Source of the DNA: Desulfatiglandales bacterium
GTDB lineage: Bacteria > Desulfobacterota > DSM-4660 > Desulfatiglandales > Desulfatiglandaceae
DNA length: 64,000 nucleotides
Direction of reading: 5' to 3'
NCBI GenBank assembly: GCA_963666345.1
Contig: OY762721.1
Span: 2,272,001 to 2,336,000 of the forward strand
How positions within the stretch are numbered: position 1 is the first letter of the stretch; each line of letters opens with the position of its first letter. Below the pieces are notes generated by a model that saw only the letters and a list, made by a program, of their open reading frames with translations, was not told the DNA's origin and ran no database searches. The translations under genes were made by a program, and so were the position numbers. Positions 45,405 through 56,039 of this stretch are shown piece by piece.

Positions 45405-47342
45405 TTAGTGCAGGACTCGTTTTATACTTTGCGACAGTTCACTGATATTGAATGGTTTCTGTATAAAACCGTCACAACCACGTTTCAGTATCTCAGTGGC
45501 CTGGCCGTCGATATTGTATCCGCTGGAAAGAAGAACCTTTACGTTGGGATCTATTTCCTTTAATTTGTCATACGTTGTCCCACCGCCCATTTCCGGCATG
45601 ATCATATCAAGTATTATCAGATCGGGTGCCGAGGCCGAACAACTGGTATCGCCGAATATCTCTATCGCCTCCCTCCCGCTTCCGGCTAATATAACCTTGT
45701 AGCCGAGAGTCTTAAGAATTTCAGCGGCAACATCAATAATCACTTTCTCATCATCCACAAGGAGAATCGTTCCCGAACCTTTTTGGACTTCAGCCGATAA
45801 CTCTTCCTTTGTTACAATTGCTTTTTCCGTGGCAGGAAGGTAAATATCAAATGTTGTTCCTTTGCCTATTTCACTGTTTACATTTATAAAACCACCATGG
45901 TTTTTGATGATACCGTAAACAGAAGCCAGTCCCAATCCCGTACCTCTTCCCATTTTCTTGGTGGTGAAAAACGGCTCAAAAATTCTTTTCTTTGTCTTTT
46001 CATCCATCCCCGTACCTGTATCGCCGACGCTAATCTCCACATAGTTCCCCGGTCCTGTTTTAAATGGTTTGACATGGTTTTCATCAAGGGAAGTATTCTT
46101 TGTTTGAAGCCTTAATTCTCCGCCTTCAGGCATGGCCTGCCATGCATTGACATAAAGATTTAAAAGGGCCTGTTTTATCTGCCCCTGATCTACCTCCACC
46201 GTCCAGATATCTTCTTGATACTGAGCGTGGATATTAATTTCCTTTTTTGTTCTACCAAACATCTCGGAGGTTTTTTGGACCAGTTTATTTATATCAGTAG
46301 ACTTGACCTTGTATTTGCCTCCCCTTGCGAAGTCCAGCAGGTGTCTGGTAAGCTCAGCCCCGCTTTCTACCTGACCTTCTATCCCCTTTAAATTTTTATA
46401 GTGGGGATGTGAGGCCTCCAAATCCATCAGCATCAGGGAAACATAGCCCTGCATTCCCATTAGGAGATTGTTGAAATCATGCGCTATCCCACCGGCCAGG
46501 GTTCCAATGGCTTCCATTTTCTGTACCTGCAGGAGTTTGGCCTCCATATTTTTTCTCAGGCTGATATCGTTGAGTATAACAACCGTTGTTTCACTTCCCT
46601 CATCTTTGACAGGCAGGGTCTTAATGGTAAGCTGCCTTTCGCCAAATATAACGGGTGAATCTTCGGCAATTGTCTTTGGTCTTTGATTGTATCCGTCTAG
46701 GAGCTTCGTAAGCCTTTGTCTGTCGGTTTTTCCGAAAAATTCTGTAAAATCGGAGGCCAATAATTTTTCTTCAGGCACTCCGAGCAGGGAGGTTGCAGCC
46801 GGGTTGCAATAAACGACCTTTGCTTTGGAAGTAAGCTCCAGAATCCCTTCTGACATACCCTCTAAAATTGTCTCAAAGTGTTTTTGAGATGAAATCAGTT
46901 CCTTAGTAATGCTGCGAAAATGGATGTTTTCGAGGCCCGTAACTTCTTCAGGAAAGATTCTTGACCCCGTCTTCTCCCGTTCGTTTAAAGCGAAGAAAAT
47001 ATCCTGAGACATGCTATTGAAAGGGCCTTTTGCAATACAGGCATCAGCCCCCAGTTCAGTATGGTTTATATCTTCCTCTGCGGCAACTCCGGACAGGATT
47101 ATGACGTAAATGTCTTTCAGCTCAGGAGTCTGTCTGATTATCCGGCATAGCCTCTTACCGTCGATATTCGGCATTATAAGATCAACAAAGATAGTGTCCG
47201 GGACGTAGGTTTCCAAAACTTCCAAAGCGGAAAGCCCATTTTCCGCCGTACGAACGTGATAGCCTTTTTCTGCAAGAAAATTTGTCATGAATTTCAGTAT
47301 GATCTGATCATTATCTACGACCAATATGTTTCTATTTTTCAT
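45405..47342 (-). CDS. hybrid sensor histidine kinase (REC-PAS-HisKA-HATPase-REC)
   Basis: QKMEAIGTLAGGIAHDFNN, NLYVNAWQAM, DTGTGM, FEPFFTTK..G.GTGLGL; receiver domains at both ends. Confidence 0.93.
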   Translation of the reverse strand: MKNRNILVVDNDQIILKFMTNFLAEKGYHVRTAENGLSALEVLETYVPDTIFVDLIMPNIDGKRLCRIIRQTPELKDIYVIILSGVAAEEDINHTELGADACIAKGPFNSMSQDIFFALNEREKTGSRIFPEEVTGLENIHFRSITKELISSQKHFETILEGMSEGILELTSKAKVVYCNPAATSLLGVPEEKLLASDFTEFFGKTDRQRLTKLLDGYNQRPKTIAEDSPVIFGERQLTIKTLPVKDEGSETTVVILNDISLRKNMEAKLLQVQKMEAIGTLAGGIAHDFNNLLMGMQGYVSLMLMDLEASHPHYKNLKGIEGQVESGAELTRHLLDFARGGKYKVKSTDINKLVQKTSEMFGRTKKEINIHAQYQEDIWTVEVDQGQIKQALLNLYVNAWQAMPEGGELRLQTKNTSLDENHVKPFKTGPGNYVEISVGDTGTGMDEKTKKRIFEPFFTTKKMGRGTGLGLASVYGIIKNHGGFINVNSEIGKGTTFDIYLPATEKAIVTKEELSAEVQKGSGTILLVDDEKVIIDVAAEILKTLGYKVILAGSGREAIEIFGDTSCSASAPDLIILDMIMPEMGGGTTYDKLKEIDPNVKVLLSSGYNIDGQATEILKRGCDGFIQKPFNISELSQSIKRVLH

Positions 47343-47672
47343 TTGCCAAATTCCTTTTACTTTTAATGCCAATTTCGCAATGTTATGAGAATGTCATTGG
47401 TGCAAGCTCAGACGACTGTTTTTCGCAGGATAAATTGTAGAAAGGGCTCTTAATCCTGTCTAAAGGCCTTTTATGGATGAATTCCTCCTATGTTTTCAGT
47501 TCATTATCCTAATTAGTCCCCATCCGGAAATGGCTGTTTTCCGGATTGGTGCTATCAGCAATAGGCATACGGCCGTCAGAAAAAGCGATGATTGGACAAG
47601 GAATTAATCTGAATGTCGACAACTGAGTGCTTCAGCCGGAAATCCTTGATTTATAAATGGGCGCTAATTATC

Positions 47673-47699
47673 TTATCGGTAGATTTTTTATTTTCTTAA
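47673..47699 (-). promoter_or_regulatory. putative sigma28 promoter upstream of the hybrid kinase
   Basis: Minus strand TTAA-N15-ACCGATAA. Confidence 0.5.
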
Positions 47700-47744
47700 C
47701 AGAATATCGACCGGATATATTTCCGACGTTATATCAATAAAACA

Positions 47745-49217
47745 CTATGCCTTGATCGACGCTAAACGCAGAAGGCTGCCTGATCGTTTTAAATGGTACA
47801 GCCTGGAGTCAGCCCTCTGGATCAATTTTTCCTCGTCTTGCCCTTTCTTATCCCCAAGGGTGGTTGATATTCCGTGACTTATCTTAACCTCTATCCTTTC
47901 AGACCTCCATCCAAAGGCATGATTTTTGACGGTCCGTAAAATCCTTTTCATAAGCATATTTGCCTTCTGCATACCGGTTTCCGGGAGTATAATCACAAAT
48001 TCATCTCCCCCATACCTGGCCACTATGTCAGTTTTTCTTACGGATCTCTTCAGGCATTCAGCCAGTTCCCTCAAGACACAATCTCCTGCCTGGTGGCCAA
48101 AAGAATCATTAACTGACTTAAAGTCGTCCACATCAATCATAATCAGGGAGAGGGGCTTGCTGTTATACCTTCTGGATCTTTGAAGTTCTCTTTTCATAAC
48201 CTGCCGGAATCCTTTCTGGTTGTAGACTCGGGTAAGTTCGTCAACAATAGCCATCTCTTTCAGCCTGTAATATTCCCGGGCGTTTTTCAGGGACATGGCA
48301 AGAATATTGGAGATGGTTGACATCAACCCTTCAAATCCCCTTTTGTAATCATTTCCACCCCTGGGAACAATAACGAGCATGCCCAAACGCTTCCCCGCGA
48401 TACTTAAAGGGTGGACGCATTTGCTGGAAATGGGAAGATATCCTGATGAAGAAACTTTGATATTTGCCGGATACAGATGAAGGGCCAACTCTTTTGGTGA
48501 GATTTTTTCCCCTGACAGCGTCATAAATCTGACGGCTATATCCTGTTTTAACCTTTTTAGGCTTTCATTATTGATTCCCTTTTCCGATAAGTGCAGATCA
48601 AGATTCCACCTGCTGCCGATTCGGTATAGGATTCCTAACAGCTCAAGATCGACAACTTTTTGGAGACCTGCATCCAGGATATTGGGTAGGATTCTGTCCC
48701 ATTCTGGATCGTATGATACCTTATTGCTTATCAGGTTGATGAAAGTTAGCTCCTGATTTTTTTCCCTAAGGGAATCCCTTTCCCTTCTGAGCGTGTTATT
48801 GGTGTCCCTGAGCTCATCTATCATTCCCAAGATATCAACAAAAGCCTTTCTGTTTTCGAGTCCTACCATCACGGTATCGTAAAGACGTTCAGAAAGCAGG
48901 GGCCGGGGAATAAATGCATAAACTCCTTTTTGAAGTATATTCGAAATTTTATCCGGATCGATTTGTTGTCCGTACAGGATCAAACAGGCCTTGGACCTGA
49001 TTTGCCGAAAAAACCCGAGCCAGGCGTAAAGGGTGTTCCCTATAAAATCGTAGTCTGCAAAGACGGCGGAATAGTCACCTTTGTTAATCGCAACTTTAAT
49101 TTCATCAGGAAAACACATGCCCTTGATGTCAAATCCTTTTGAACCAAGTATCTGTTCGAAAATATTAAAGTCATTCTTTTTATCACTCATAATAAGGATT
49201 TTTTCAGCCATGGGCAT
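47745..49217 (-). CDS. diguanylate cyclase with degenerate receiver and GAF-like domains
   Basis: DELTRVYN, IDVDDFKSVNDSFGHQAGD, I-site RKTD, RYGGDEF. Confidence 0.92.
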   Translation of the reverse strand: MPMAEKILIMSDKKNDFNIFEQILGSKGFDIKGMCFPDEIKVAINKGDYSAVFADYDFIGNTLYAWLGFFRQIRSKACLILYGQQIDPDKISNILQKGVYAFIPRPLLSERLYDTVMVGLENRKAFVDILGMIDELRDTNNTLRRERDSLREKNQELTFINLISNKVSYDPEWDRILPNILDAGLQKVVDLELLGILYRIGSRWNLDLHLSEKGINNESLKRLKQDIAVRFMTLSGEKISPKELALHLYPANIKVSSSGYLPISSKCVHPLSIAGKRLGMLVIVPRGGNDYKRGFEGLMSTISNILAMSLKNAREYYRLKEMAIVDELTRVYNQKGFRQVMKRELQRSRRYNSKPLSLIMIDVDDFKSVNDSFGHQAGDCVLRELAECLKRSVRKTDIVARYGGDEFVIILPETGMQKANMLMKRILRTVKNHAFGWRSERIEVKISHGISTTLGDKKGQDEEKLIQRADSRLYHLKRSGSLLRLASIKA

Positions 49218-49324
49218 CTCTTTCTCTATTTTAAGATATTAACCAATATTAATTAATAAGCATAAAAAGATCATCCAGTCTGTCTAACATGAGAAATTTC
49301 TGCAAATTTTATTCCATATGTGAG

Positions 49325-49353
49325 GAAATACGCTTCGAATAGAAGCGTATTTC
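49325..49353. other. perfect 12-bp inverted repeat
   Basis: GAAATACGCTTC-GAATA-GAAGCGTATTTC. Confidence 0.7.
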
Positions 49354-49718
49354 GAAATTCAATTGGAATTTTTACTGATTCTTCAGAAGGCTTTTCTCCC
49401 TGTAAGATTGGGGCTGGATATTGACTTAAATCATAACTTAGGCTTGTTCATCGCATTTGGTGCTTTAAATCAGGATAAATTGCAGGAGCATCATCTATAT
49501 GCTAAAATTAAATGTAGCCTTAATAATTTGGGTCTTCTTGCCACCCATGAGCTGGCTCCTAACATAAATCGGGAATTTCCGAATGGAGCATTCGGCCGGC
49601 GGCATTTATCTTAATAAGGTTTTTTTCATAGTTTTTGCGGACAGCTGAGAAAGTCGATTGCGGTAACACGAATCGGAAAAAACATTCCCTGGCGAGGGCC
49701 AGCTAAGCTGAAGGATAG

Positions 49719-50069
49719 ATGATGAAAACTTTGAAATGGCAGGAGGAAAAGGATCAAAGGGAAAAGGAATCATTGCAAAGACATGCAAGACTTGCCAGGC
49801 TGTTTAAAAGTGACAGATTGGCCTTTGAGCGGGAAAGAAAAGAGATGATTGACGCGCTTATTAATAGTGTGAAAAATGAGGACCAGAGAAAAAGATTGCA
49901 GGCCTTTCAAGACTCATGGGATAAAAAAATGAGGGGTGCGGGTTCAAGGCACAACAGGTTTGTCCTGGCGCAGACTTTCTTTTGGGAACATTTTCATGAT
50001 ATCTGGCACCCTGCCATACGGAAATATAGTTTCATGTTGAACGGCGGCTCTGATGATCGTAATTCATAG
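49719..50069 (+). CDS. DUF3135-like small helical protein
   Basis: LARLFKSDRLAFERERKEMIDALINS....QRKRLQAFQ..WD pattern; AAGGA SD. Confidence 0.6.
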   Translation: MMKTLKWQEEKDQREKESLQRHARLARLFKSDRLAFERERKEMIDALINSVKNEDQRKRLQAFQDSWDKKMRGAGSRHNRFVLAQTFFWEHFHDIWHPAIRKYSFMLNGGSDDRNS

Positions 50070-50195
50070 GCCGAGTCCCGAAAAGAGGACTCTCAATCAT
50101 TTGATTATCCGGCTTCTGTTATGGGTCAATATTTTGACGTAGTGTCATGGGATTTATTTTTTCGACACGGATGAACGGCTCTGTTCCGGTTATAT

Positions 50196-50221
50196 CGGTG
50201 GTGACCTTAAGGTCACCACCG
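50196..50221. repeat. perfect 26-bp palindrome between convergent genes (REP-like or bidirectional terminator)
   Basis: CGGTGGTGACCTT|AAGGTCACCACCG. Confidence 0.75.
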
Positions 50222-50243
50222 TACATGTATGGAGCCGGCAGGT

Positions 50244-52256
50244 CTAAAAATCCTGGAAATCGGAATTATCCATGGGGATAAGAGCATCAGGATTGATCTT
50301 TTTCCTTCCGGTCTTTTTTAAAGGGGCTGCAAGGGCCTTATGGTTTCTTGAGTCTGCCCCTGTATTCTTGCTTTTCCTTTTACCGACTGTCGAAGACCCG
50401 CTAGCGGGAGCGTTCCGGGCAGGCCGATGATTATCGGTTTTATCGCCATTTCCTTCAACCAGGGTTACCAGCTCTCCCACAACCTCTTTCATCTGTTCTG
50501 CCTGGCCATTCATCTCTTCACTTGCAGAGGCTGACTCTTCAGCATTCGCGGCGTTCTGCTGGGTTACCTTATCCATTTCCATTACGGCGGTATTGACCTG
50601 TTCGATACCCTGCGCCTGTTCATTAGAGGCCGCTGCTATTTCTTCCATAAGACTGCCTACCTGTTTTACGATGTCAACATTTCCCTTGAAGGCGGCCATT
50701 GTTGAATTTGTAAGCTCATTGCCTTTTTTGACCGCCTTGACCGTGTTATCGATCAGAACGGAAGTGTTTCTGGCAGCCTCTGCAGCCCTCATTGCCAGAC
50801 TCCTGACCTCGTCCGCAACTACGGCGAATCCGGCACCGGCTTCTCCCGCTCTGGCGGCTTCGACAGCCGCATTGAGAGCGAGAAGATTGGTCTGAAAGGC
50901 GATCTCATCTATGTTTTTGATTATCTTATTGGTTTCTTCACTCGATTTTGTGATCTCAGCGATTGAATCCGACATCGCCGCCATGTCGTTGTTGACCTCC
51001 TCTACGATCTTGGCAGCCTCGCGCATTCCTCCGCTTGCCTCATTTGCATTTTCCGCATTCTTTTTGGTCATGGAAGACATCTCCTCAAGGGATGATGACG
51101 TCTCCTCTATGGAGGCTGCCTGTTGAGATGCCCCTTCGGCGAGACGTTGGCTTGCAACGGAAATCTGTTTTGATCCGGAGGAAACCAGACCGGCCCCATC
51201 AGACAGGTTCTCTATTATCTTTTTTATGGGTCTGTTTATGGAGCGGGCAATGAGGAGCCCTACCACTGTTATCGTAAGGAGCCCTATTATGCCTATAACC
51301 GCAGTGAGCCACTTCAGGTCGCCGACGGCCTTGAAGGCCTCCGCCTTATCTATCTCAGCGATTATCGCCCACCTGGACCCGAATATATCAAGCGGCGCAA
51401 AGGAAGAAAGCACACTGTTTCCTTTGTATCCGTTTATTATCCTCTGGCCCTGACCACCTTCCAGGGCCTGTGCGCTTGCCTCCGTATCGACCGTTCCCTC
51501 GGCTGGGTTTTTAAAAGATGCCTTGACGGAACGGCTTTCAGGGTCGATGAGGGAATCAGACCTCATCAGCCTGTCGCTTCCAACAAGATATACCTCTCCT
51601 GTCTCTCCCATGCCTGTTCGTTCCTTCATTATCGCGTTGATGCCGGCGGAGGGAAGTTGAAGGATAACGGCCCCTATGGTTGTGTCCCCCTTTTTTACGG
51701 GGCCGCCGAGAAATGCCAGGGGTTCATTGTCGGCAGGGGCATAAGGGCTGAAGTCCTGGACAGCCGGGCCCTTGAGGGAGGCATTGAAGCATCTTTCAAG
51801 GCCTGTATCTTTCAACTCACCTTGCAGGACGTTTTTGCCGAGTTCCGAACCTTTGGCAACCGAATAGACCACCCTGCCGTCCGACTTGATCAAAAAGATG
51901 TCACGGTAGCCGTAGTCCTCCTTAACTGCCTTGATCCTGGATCCGAATTTTTCCTCATAATAGCTAATCAACTTTTCGTTATACTGCCCGTCGCCGATTG
52001 CCATGGCAAATTTTTCAGTTGCATCGGTTACCGCGTTGTCTCCTGAAAGAACCTTCGCGTCGTCCATCCTCTGTGAAAAGTAATCCTTCATCTGATTTTC
52101 TTTTATCTTCTGGACTGCCGCTATTTTTTCAAATGCGGCTTTTGAAAGGGCGCTGTTGGAATTGAACAGCGAGACTGCCGCCATCACGGCGAAGGGCACG
52201 ATGCCTACGCCTAGAAACGAGACTAGAAGTTTGGTGCCTAATTTCATCCGGAACAT
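50244..52256 (-). CDS. methyl-accepting chemotaxis protein with a periplasmic dCache-type domain
   Basis: Two TM segments; [60 protein letters not shown]-terminal pentapeptide-like DFQDF; AGGAGG SD before ATG 52256. Confidence 0.95.
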   Translation of the reverse strand: MFRMKLGTKLLVSFLGVGIVPFAVMAAVSLFNSNSALSKAAFEKIAAVQKIKENQMKDYFSQRMDDAKVLSGDNAVTDATEKFAMAIGDGQYNEKLISYYEEKFGSRIKAVKEDYGYRDIFLIKSDGRVVYSVAKGSELGKNVLQGELKDTGLERCFNASLKGPAVQDFSPYAPADNEPLAFLGGPVKKGDTTIGAVILQLPSAGINAIMKERTGMGETGEVYLVGSDRLMRSDSLIDPESRSVKASFKNPAEGTVDTEASAQALEGGQGQRIINGYKGNSVLSSFAPLDIFGSRWAIIAEIDKAEAFKAVGDLKWLTAVIGIIGLLTITVVGLLIARSINRPIKKIIENLSDGAGLVSSGSKQISVASQRLAEGASQQAASIEETSSSLEEMSSMTKKNAENANEASGGMREAAKIVEEVNNDMAAMSDSIAEITKSSEETNKIIKNIDEIAFQTNLLALNAAVEAARAGEAGAGFAVVADEVRSLAMRAAEAARNTSVLIDNTVKAVKKGNELTNSTMAAFKGNVDIVKQVGSLMEEIAAASNEQAQGIEQVNTAVMEMDKVTQQNAANAEESASASEEMNGQAEQMKEVVGELVTLVEGNGDKTDNHRPARNAPASGSSTVGKRKSKNTGADSRNHKALAAPLKKTGRKKINPDALIPMDNSDFQDF

Positions 52257-52407
52257 GCTGGGGTCCTCCTTTTTGGGGATAGAAGTAAAATTTTCATAAA
52301 ACACAGAAAAAACGGCCTTTGATTCGCTTTTCCGTGTGTTTCTAATGAGGATTTTTTTAAAAGGGCCAGATCCTGTTTGTCCAATTTTGGCAATTCTTCT
52401 GAAAATA

Positions 52408-52434
52408 ATATCGACGGATTAATAAAAAACTTTA
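52408..52434 (-). promoter_or_regulatory. sigma28 promoter of the MCP gene
   Basis: Minus strand TAAAGTTT-N11-GTCGATAT. Confidence 0.7.
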
Positions 52435-52723
52435 GCATTAAATGATGTCATTAAAGATATAAGGCCCGCAGGGTTGCTATAAAGAAGAAAAGTGATAGGC
52501 AGGACAGCCATTGCCAGGTTGAATGCCTAGGCAGTTAAACACTTAAGTATATAGGTGAAAGGATCTATTTGAATCGACCGGGAAAGGAAAGTGTATTCGG
52601 CTCGGCAGAATCCCTTGAGAGCCGGACAATCGGACGGTTATTGATATGAAAAAACGGGTGGAGACGATGCCCCATAAGTAATGGAGTGCCATAGTCCCGA
52701 CACTGCTTTGTGAGCCGGGAGAA

Positions 52724-53149
52724 GGCCATTCCGAGTATGTAGTTTGTATTCAGTTCAGTCCCGAATGATGGCGCTTTTTCTATCTCTTCGCCTTTTATGT
52801 TGAGAACTTCGGATACGGAATCGACCACGATACCCATCTGTATAGTGCCGTTTTGACCTTCGATTTCTACAACGATGATGCAGGTGCGTTCGGTATAATC
52901 GATCTGTTCCAGACCGAAGCGCAGGCGCAGATCAACAACGGGAATCACCTTTCCCCTGAGGTTTATCACCCCTTTCATGAATTAGGGGGTCCTGGGAACC
53001 GGGGTAATAGGCATGAGTCCTATGATCTCCTTTACCTTTAAAATCCCTATACCGTACTCTTCGTCGGAGAGGGCGAATGCAAGGTATTTACCCTCCTTGT
53101 CGGTTGCTAAATCCAGCCTCTGCCCGGTATTTTCTGCTGATTGAGTCAT
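52724..53149 (-). pseudogene. cheW: cheW pseudogene (in-frame stop and lost C-terminus)
   Basis: From ATG 53149: MTQSAENTGQRLDLATDKEGKYLAFALSDEEYGIGILKVKEIIGLMPITPVPRTP*FMKGVINLRGKVIPVVDLR...; TAA at 52982-52984; CheW-like sequence stops after YILGMA. Confidence 0.88.
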
Positions 53150-53553
53150 TTTTTCGCCTCTCTGTTTAAGAATGGAAAAGGCCTTTTAAATATTCTTCAG
53201 GTTGTCTGCCTGCTTTTTAGCTTTCCTAATACGGGCGAAGGTAAATCCCCGCCTCTAGGCGAAGACCTCAGTTTGAGGTTCTGGCCTGAAGGAGTTAACC
53301 CGGGTGAGATATCTTCACTCGGGTCCTTTAATCCTCAAACTATCTGGTTCAGCCGATATTTGCAGCTCCTGGATATGCCTTGATAATCATTTTTTAAATA
53401 GGCAAAAGAGGAATGATTGAAGGCTGGAGTAGGAAAAATTTGCCCGGTTGATTCCTGATCAGCCCCCCGTAAAACCAGAAAAGACCTTCCTTTTAGTTCC
53501 AGGGATCCGGACTCTTTTTAAGTCACGGATGAAAATATATGGCCGGGAACATC

Positions 53554-53569
53554 TGGCACATATTATGCT
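53554..53569 (+). promoter_or_regulatory. sigma54 promoter upstream of the hypothetical gene
   Basis: TGGCAC-ATATT-ATGCT. Confidence 0.65.
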
Positions 53570-53891
53570 TAAATCAAGGTGGCATGTTTACTCAACTTGG
53601 GTTCCCCGTCGAACCCTTGGATGATTACATTAGTATCCCCTATCATGGTTCGGTTTATGGATCGGAAGCCGCAAACGCTCCCCTGTATCCTTTTCTCAAG
53701 CTGGATTGCGGAAGGGCTGAAGGTTTCATGGTTACAGTAGCCTTAAGGTTAAGGTGAAAAGATCGATTTACAGGGACCGGCAAAGGACACCCGGACCGAA
53801 TAGAAAACCATTTCCCTTACCCGCTTTCGGCGCAGGGGGCAGGGACAAACAGACGGCCGATAATACAACATTAGAACCGGAGGAAGGAAAC

Positions 53892-54983
53892 GTGTCGAGT
53901 CTGAATCCTAATGTCCAATGTCAGTATATCAGGACGGTCCAGGCCGCCATGACCGGGGCGGGTGGTAAAACAGGTGTTTCCGGGAGCGGGGAGCGGCGAT
54001 TTGAGTCCTTCCTCATTGAAGAGATTTTTCCCAATATTGACAAGCCTTGCAACTGCCAGACTAGTGTGCCGGTGTCCAGGGGAAACCTGTTTCACGGTAT
54101 ATCCCCGGTATCTCCGAAAAAAGACGTGCTTTCCGTTTATGAAAAAAAGGGGGAAGAGCAGAGCGAATGGCAGAAATATGCGGATGATCAGCTCTTAAGC
54201 AATCCGGGGGGAGACCGCTATTATCTGGAAGAAAAGAAGGTCCTTGATAATGGTAAGGGCGGGGAGTCTTTCTGGGGGAGGGTTTCCAAGGATATATGTG
54301 ATGCGGTGTCGAATGTGAAAAATGTCTTTAGGAATGTTTTTTTCGGGGCAAAGAGGTTTTACCGGGGCGATGGAAATCGAATAAAAGAGGCAAAACAACG
54401 AGGCCTTGTAGGCTCTGTTTGTGATTGTGTCAAAAATATTGCACGTGCATTTTCCTTCGGCAGCTGGAGGTCCGCCGGGGAGGTCGAGCCCAAAGGATTT
54501 GCCGGAAAGGTAGGGTTCATGTTTTCAAAGATGAAAAAGGCGCTTTTCGGCGACATTGTCCAGGGGGTGGGAGGAAGCAGCGTGCATATAGGCGAGGACC
54601 TCCTGCTTGCAGGGTGGAATCTCATTGAGACGATGCCTGATGCCACTATTGGAAATTTCAAAAAAGGGAGGGATCTTACCACGTCCGTGTTTGATAACGG
54701 GCAGGTGGTAATAGACTACATAACGGATGTTGTTCCAACCGGTGAGGCATGGCTCAGAGTGCATGCCTCCGAGTTGAGCCATATAAGCGATATAAAGGCC
54801 CCTGTCCTGTATAACCTGAAAATGCCGGAGCGTTATTCAGGGGATGTAAGATGGCGATATGTAAGAAACACCCCTTTTAGAAAAACTATTGAGACGATAG
54901 GTTCCCTGGTAGCTGACTCGTTTACACTGAAACGGCTGGGAGACCTGAGACTGTTGAGTGAAAAACGGCGTGAGAAGAATTGA
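53892..54983 (+). CDS. hypothetical protein with repeated amphipathic helices
   Basis: Long ORF (open from 53754); likely GTG start at 53892 after GGAGGAAGG; no recognisable family. Confidence 0.75.
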   Translation: MSSLNPNVQCQYIRTVQAAMTGAGGKTGVSGSGERRFESFLIEEIFPNIDKPCNCQTSVPVSRGNLFHGISPVSPKKDVLSVYEKKGEEQSEWQKYADDQLLSNPGGDRYYLEEKKVLDNGKGGESFWGRVSKDICDAVSNVKNVFRNVFFGAKRFYRGDGNRIKEAKQRGLVGSVCDCVKNIARAFSFGSWRSAGEVEPKGFAGKVGFMFSKMKKALFGDIVQGVGGSSVHIGEDLLLAGWNLIETMPDATIGNFKKGRDLTTSVFDNGQVVIDYITDVVPTGEAWLRVHASELSHISDIKAPVLYNLKMPERYSGDVRWRYVRNTPFRKTIETIGSLVADSFTLKRLGDLRLLSEKRREKN

Positions 54984-55233
54984 AAGATCGTCCCGGATGC
55001 CTGGGCTTTTTGTTGAAGCATTCCGCCGCAGTTTTCTCGATTTTGTAAATCTTCACCCGCATCAATATCTGTTTTGGGCGGGGTCCTGAAAAGACAAGAA
55101 AGCAAAGTCAAAGTTTTGACGCTTTTACATGGGGATGACCCGGGGTTCCCCGGCTCTGATCAGAAAAAAGTCCCTCAATGATACCTGTGGCGGCCTACGG
55201 CGCTCTCTAAAAGGGGTGGGAATCTTCGGATGC

Positions 55234-55249
55234 TGGTATGACAATTGCA
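55234..55249 (+). promoter_or_regulatory. sigma54 promoter of the chemotaxis operon
   Basis: TGGTAT-GACAA-TTGCA. Confidence 0.65.
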
Positions 55250-55337
55250 AGTTATTCCCTCTAATCAATATTCACCCAGGCCTTTTCCCAGGGAAGAAGG
55301 CTATGAGTAGCATACCCGCTTTTCGCAGGAGGAAGGT

Positions 55338-55922
55338 GTGATTGAAATAGAATCCAATGACCAGCGTTCTTTTGTTAGGGCCAACCTGTCCTTTAAAGTC
55401 AGATTCAAGGTCCTGACCCGGGATGAATACGAGGAGGTTAGGGAACCCGGCAATAAATTCCTGTCTCCGGATGAGAAAAAACTAATTTTTGAGAGTAATG
55501 ATGCCGATGAGAAGTTCAACGGTATTGCAGCAAATCAATGCCTTGTGGATTTTTTATTTCATATAGATGAGAAATTGGATCTCATACTGGCTGCATTATC
55601 AAAGGATGATCCGGATATTGCCCTTTTTAATGAAGGAGCCGGAGTCGATATCGGAGCCTCAGGGATGAAAATTTTGGTGGATCGCCCTGTTGATCCGGGG
55701 CTGTTTGTTCACCTGAACCTCATCCTTTCAAGATCCCCTCTCACGTTTATTGATGTGTTCGGTGAAGTTGTCAGGTCGGAGCCTGTAGGTGAGCTAGATA
55801 ATCCTTTGTATAAACTCGGCATAAAATTTCTCGATCTTGGCATAAATGATAGGGAAAAGATTATTTCCTGTGTATTTCAAAGACAGAGAGAGGTCATAAG
55901 GAGTGCCAATAAAGAAAGGTAA
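55338..55922 (+). CDS. PilZ-domain protein
   Basis: QRSFVR (RxxxR), DIGASGM (D/NxSxxG-like), GEVVR, GIKF......REKI...VF..QRE. Confidence 0.82.
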   Translation: MIEIESNDQRSFVRANLSFKVRFKVLTRDEYEEVREPGNKFLSPDEKKLIFESNDADEKFNGIAANQCLVDFLFHIDEKLDLILAALSKDDPDIALFNEGAGVDIGASGMKILVDRPVDPGLFVHLNLILSRSPLTFIDVFGEVVRSEPVGELDNPLYKLGIKFLDLGINDREKIISCVFQRQREVIRSANKER

Positions 55923-56039
55923 GCAAAGGCGCAGGCATTCAGAGGCCCAGAGTTGTTTCTGGATCTCCCTGCTTAACCATCGGAGCCGATAACAGCCGGC
56001 TTTTGTCATGAGAACAATTAGATATAGGGCTTTTTTTAG

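Noticed and set aside
47370..47495. Small ORF after AGGAGG upstream of the hybrid kinase
   Set aside because: The SD is followed by ATC rather than a start codon, and the roughly 30-codon frame has no recognisable features.
52982..52984. Stop-codon recoding in cheW
   Set aside because: The stop is TAA, which ends many genes here, and the gene also lacks its C-terminus; a pseudogene is the simpler explanation.
52257..53550. c-di-GMP-I riboswitch near MCP/cheW
   Set aside because: No GCAAA...GAAA...GACGCAAA pattern found by eye on either strand.
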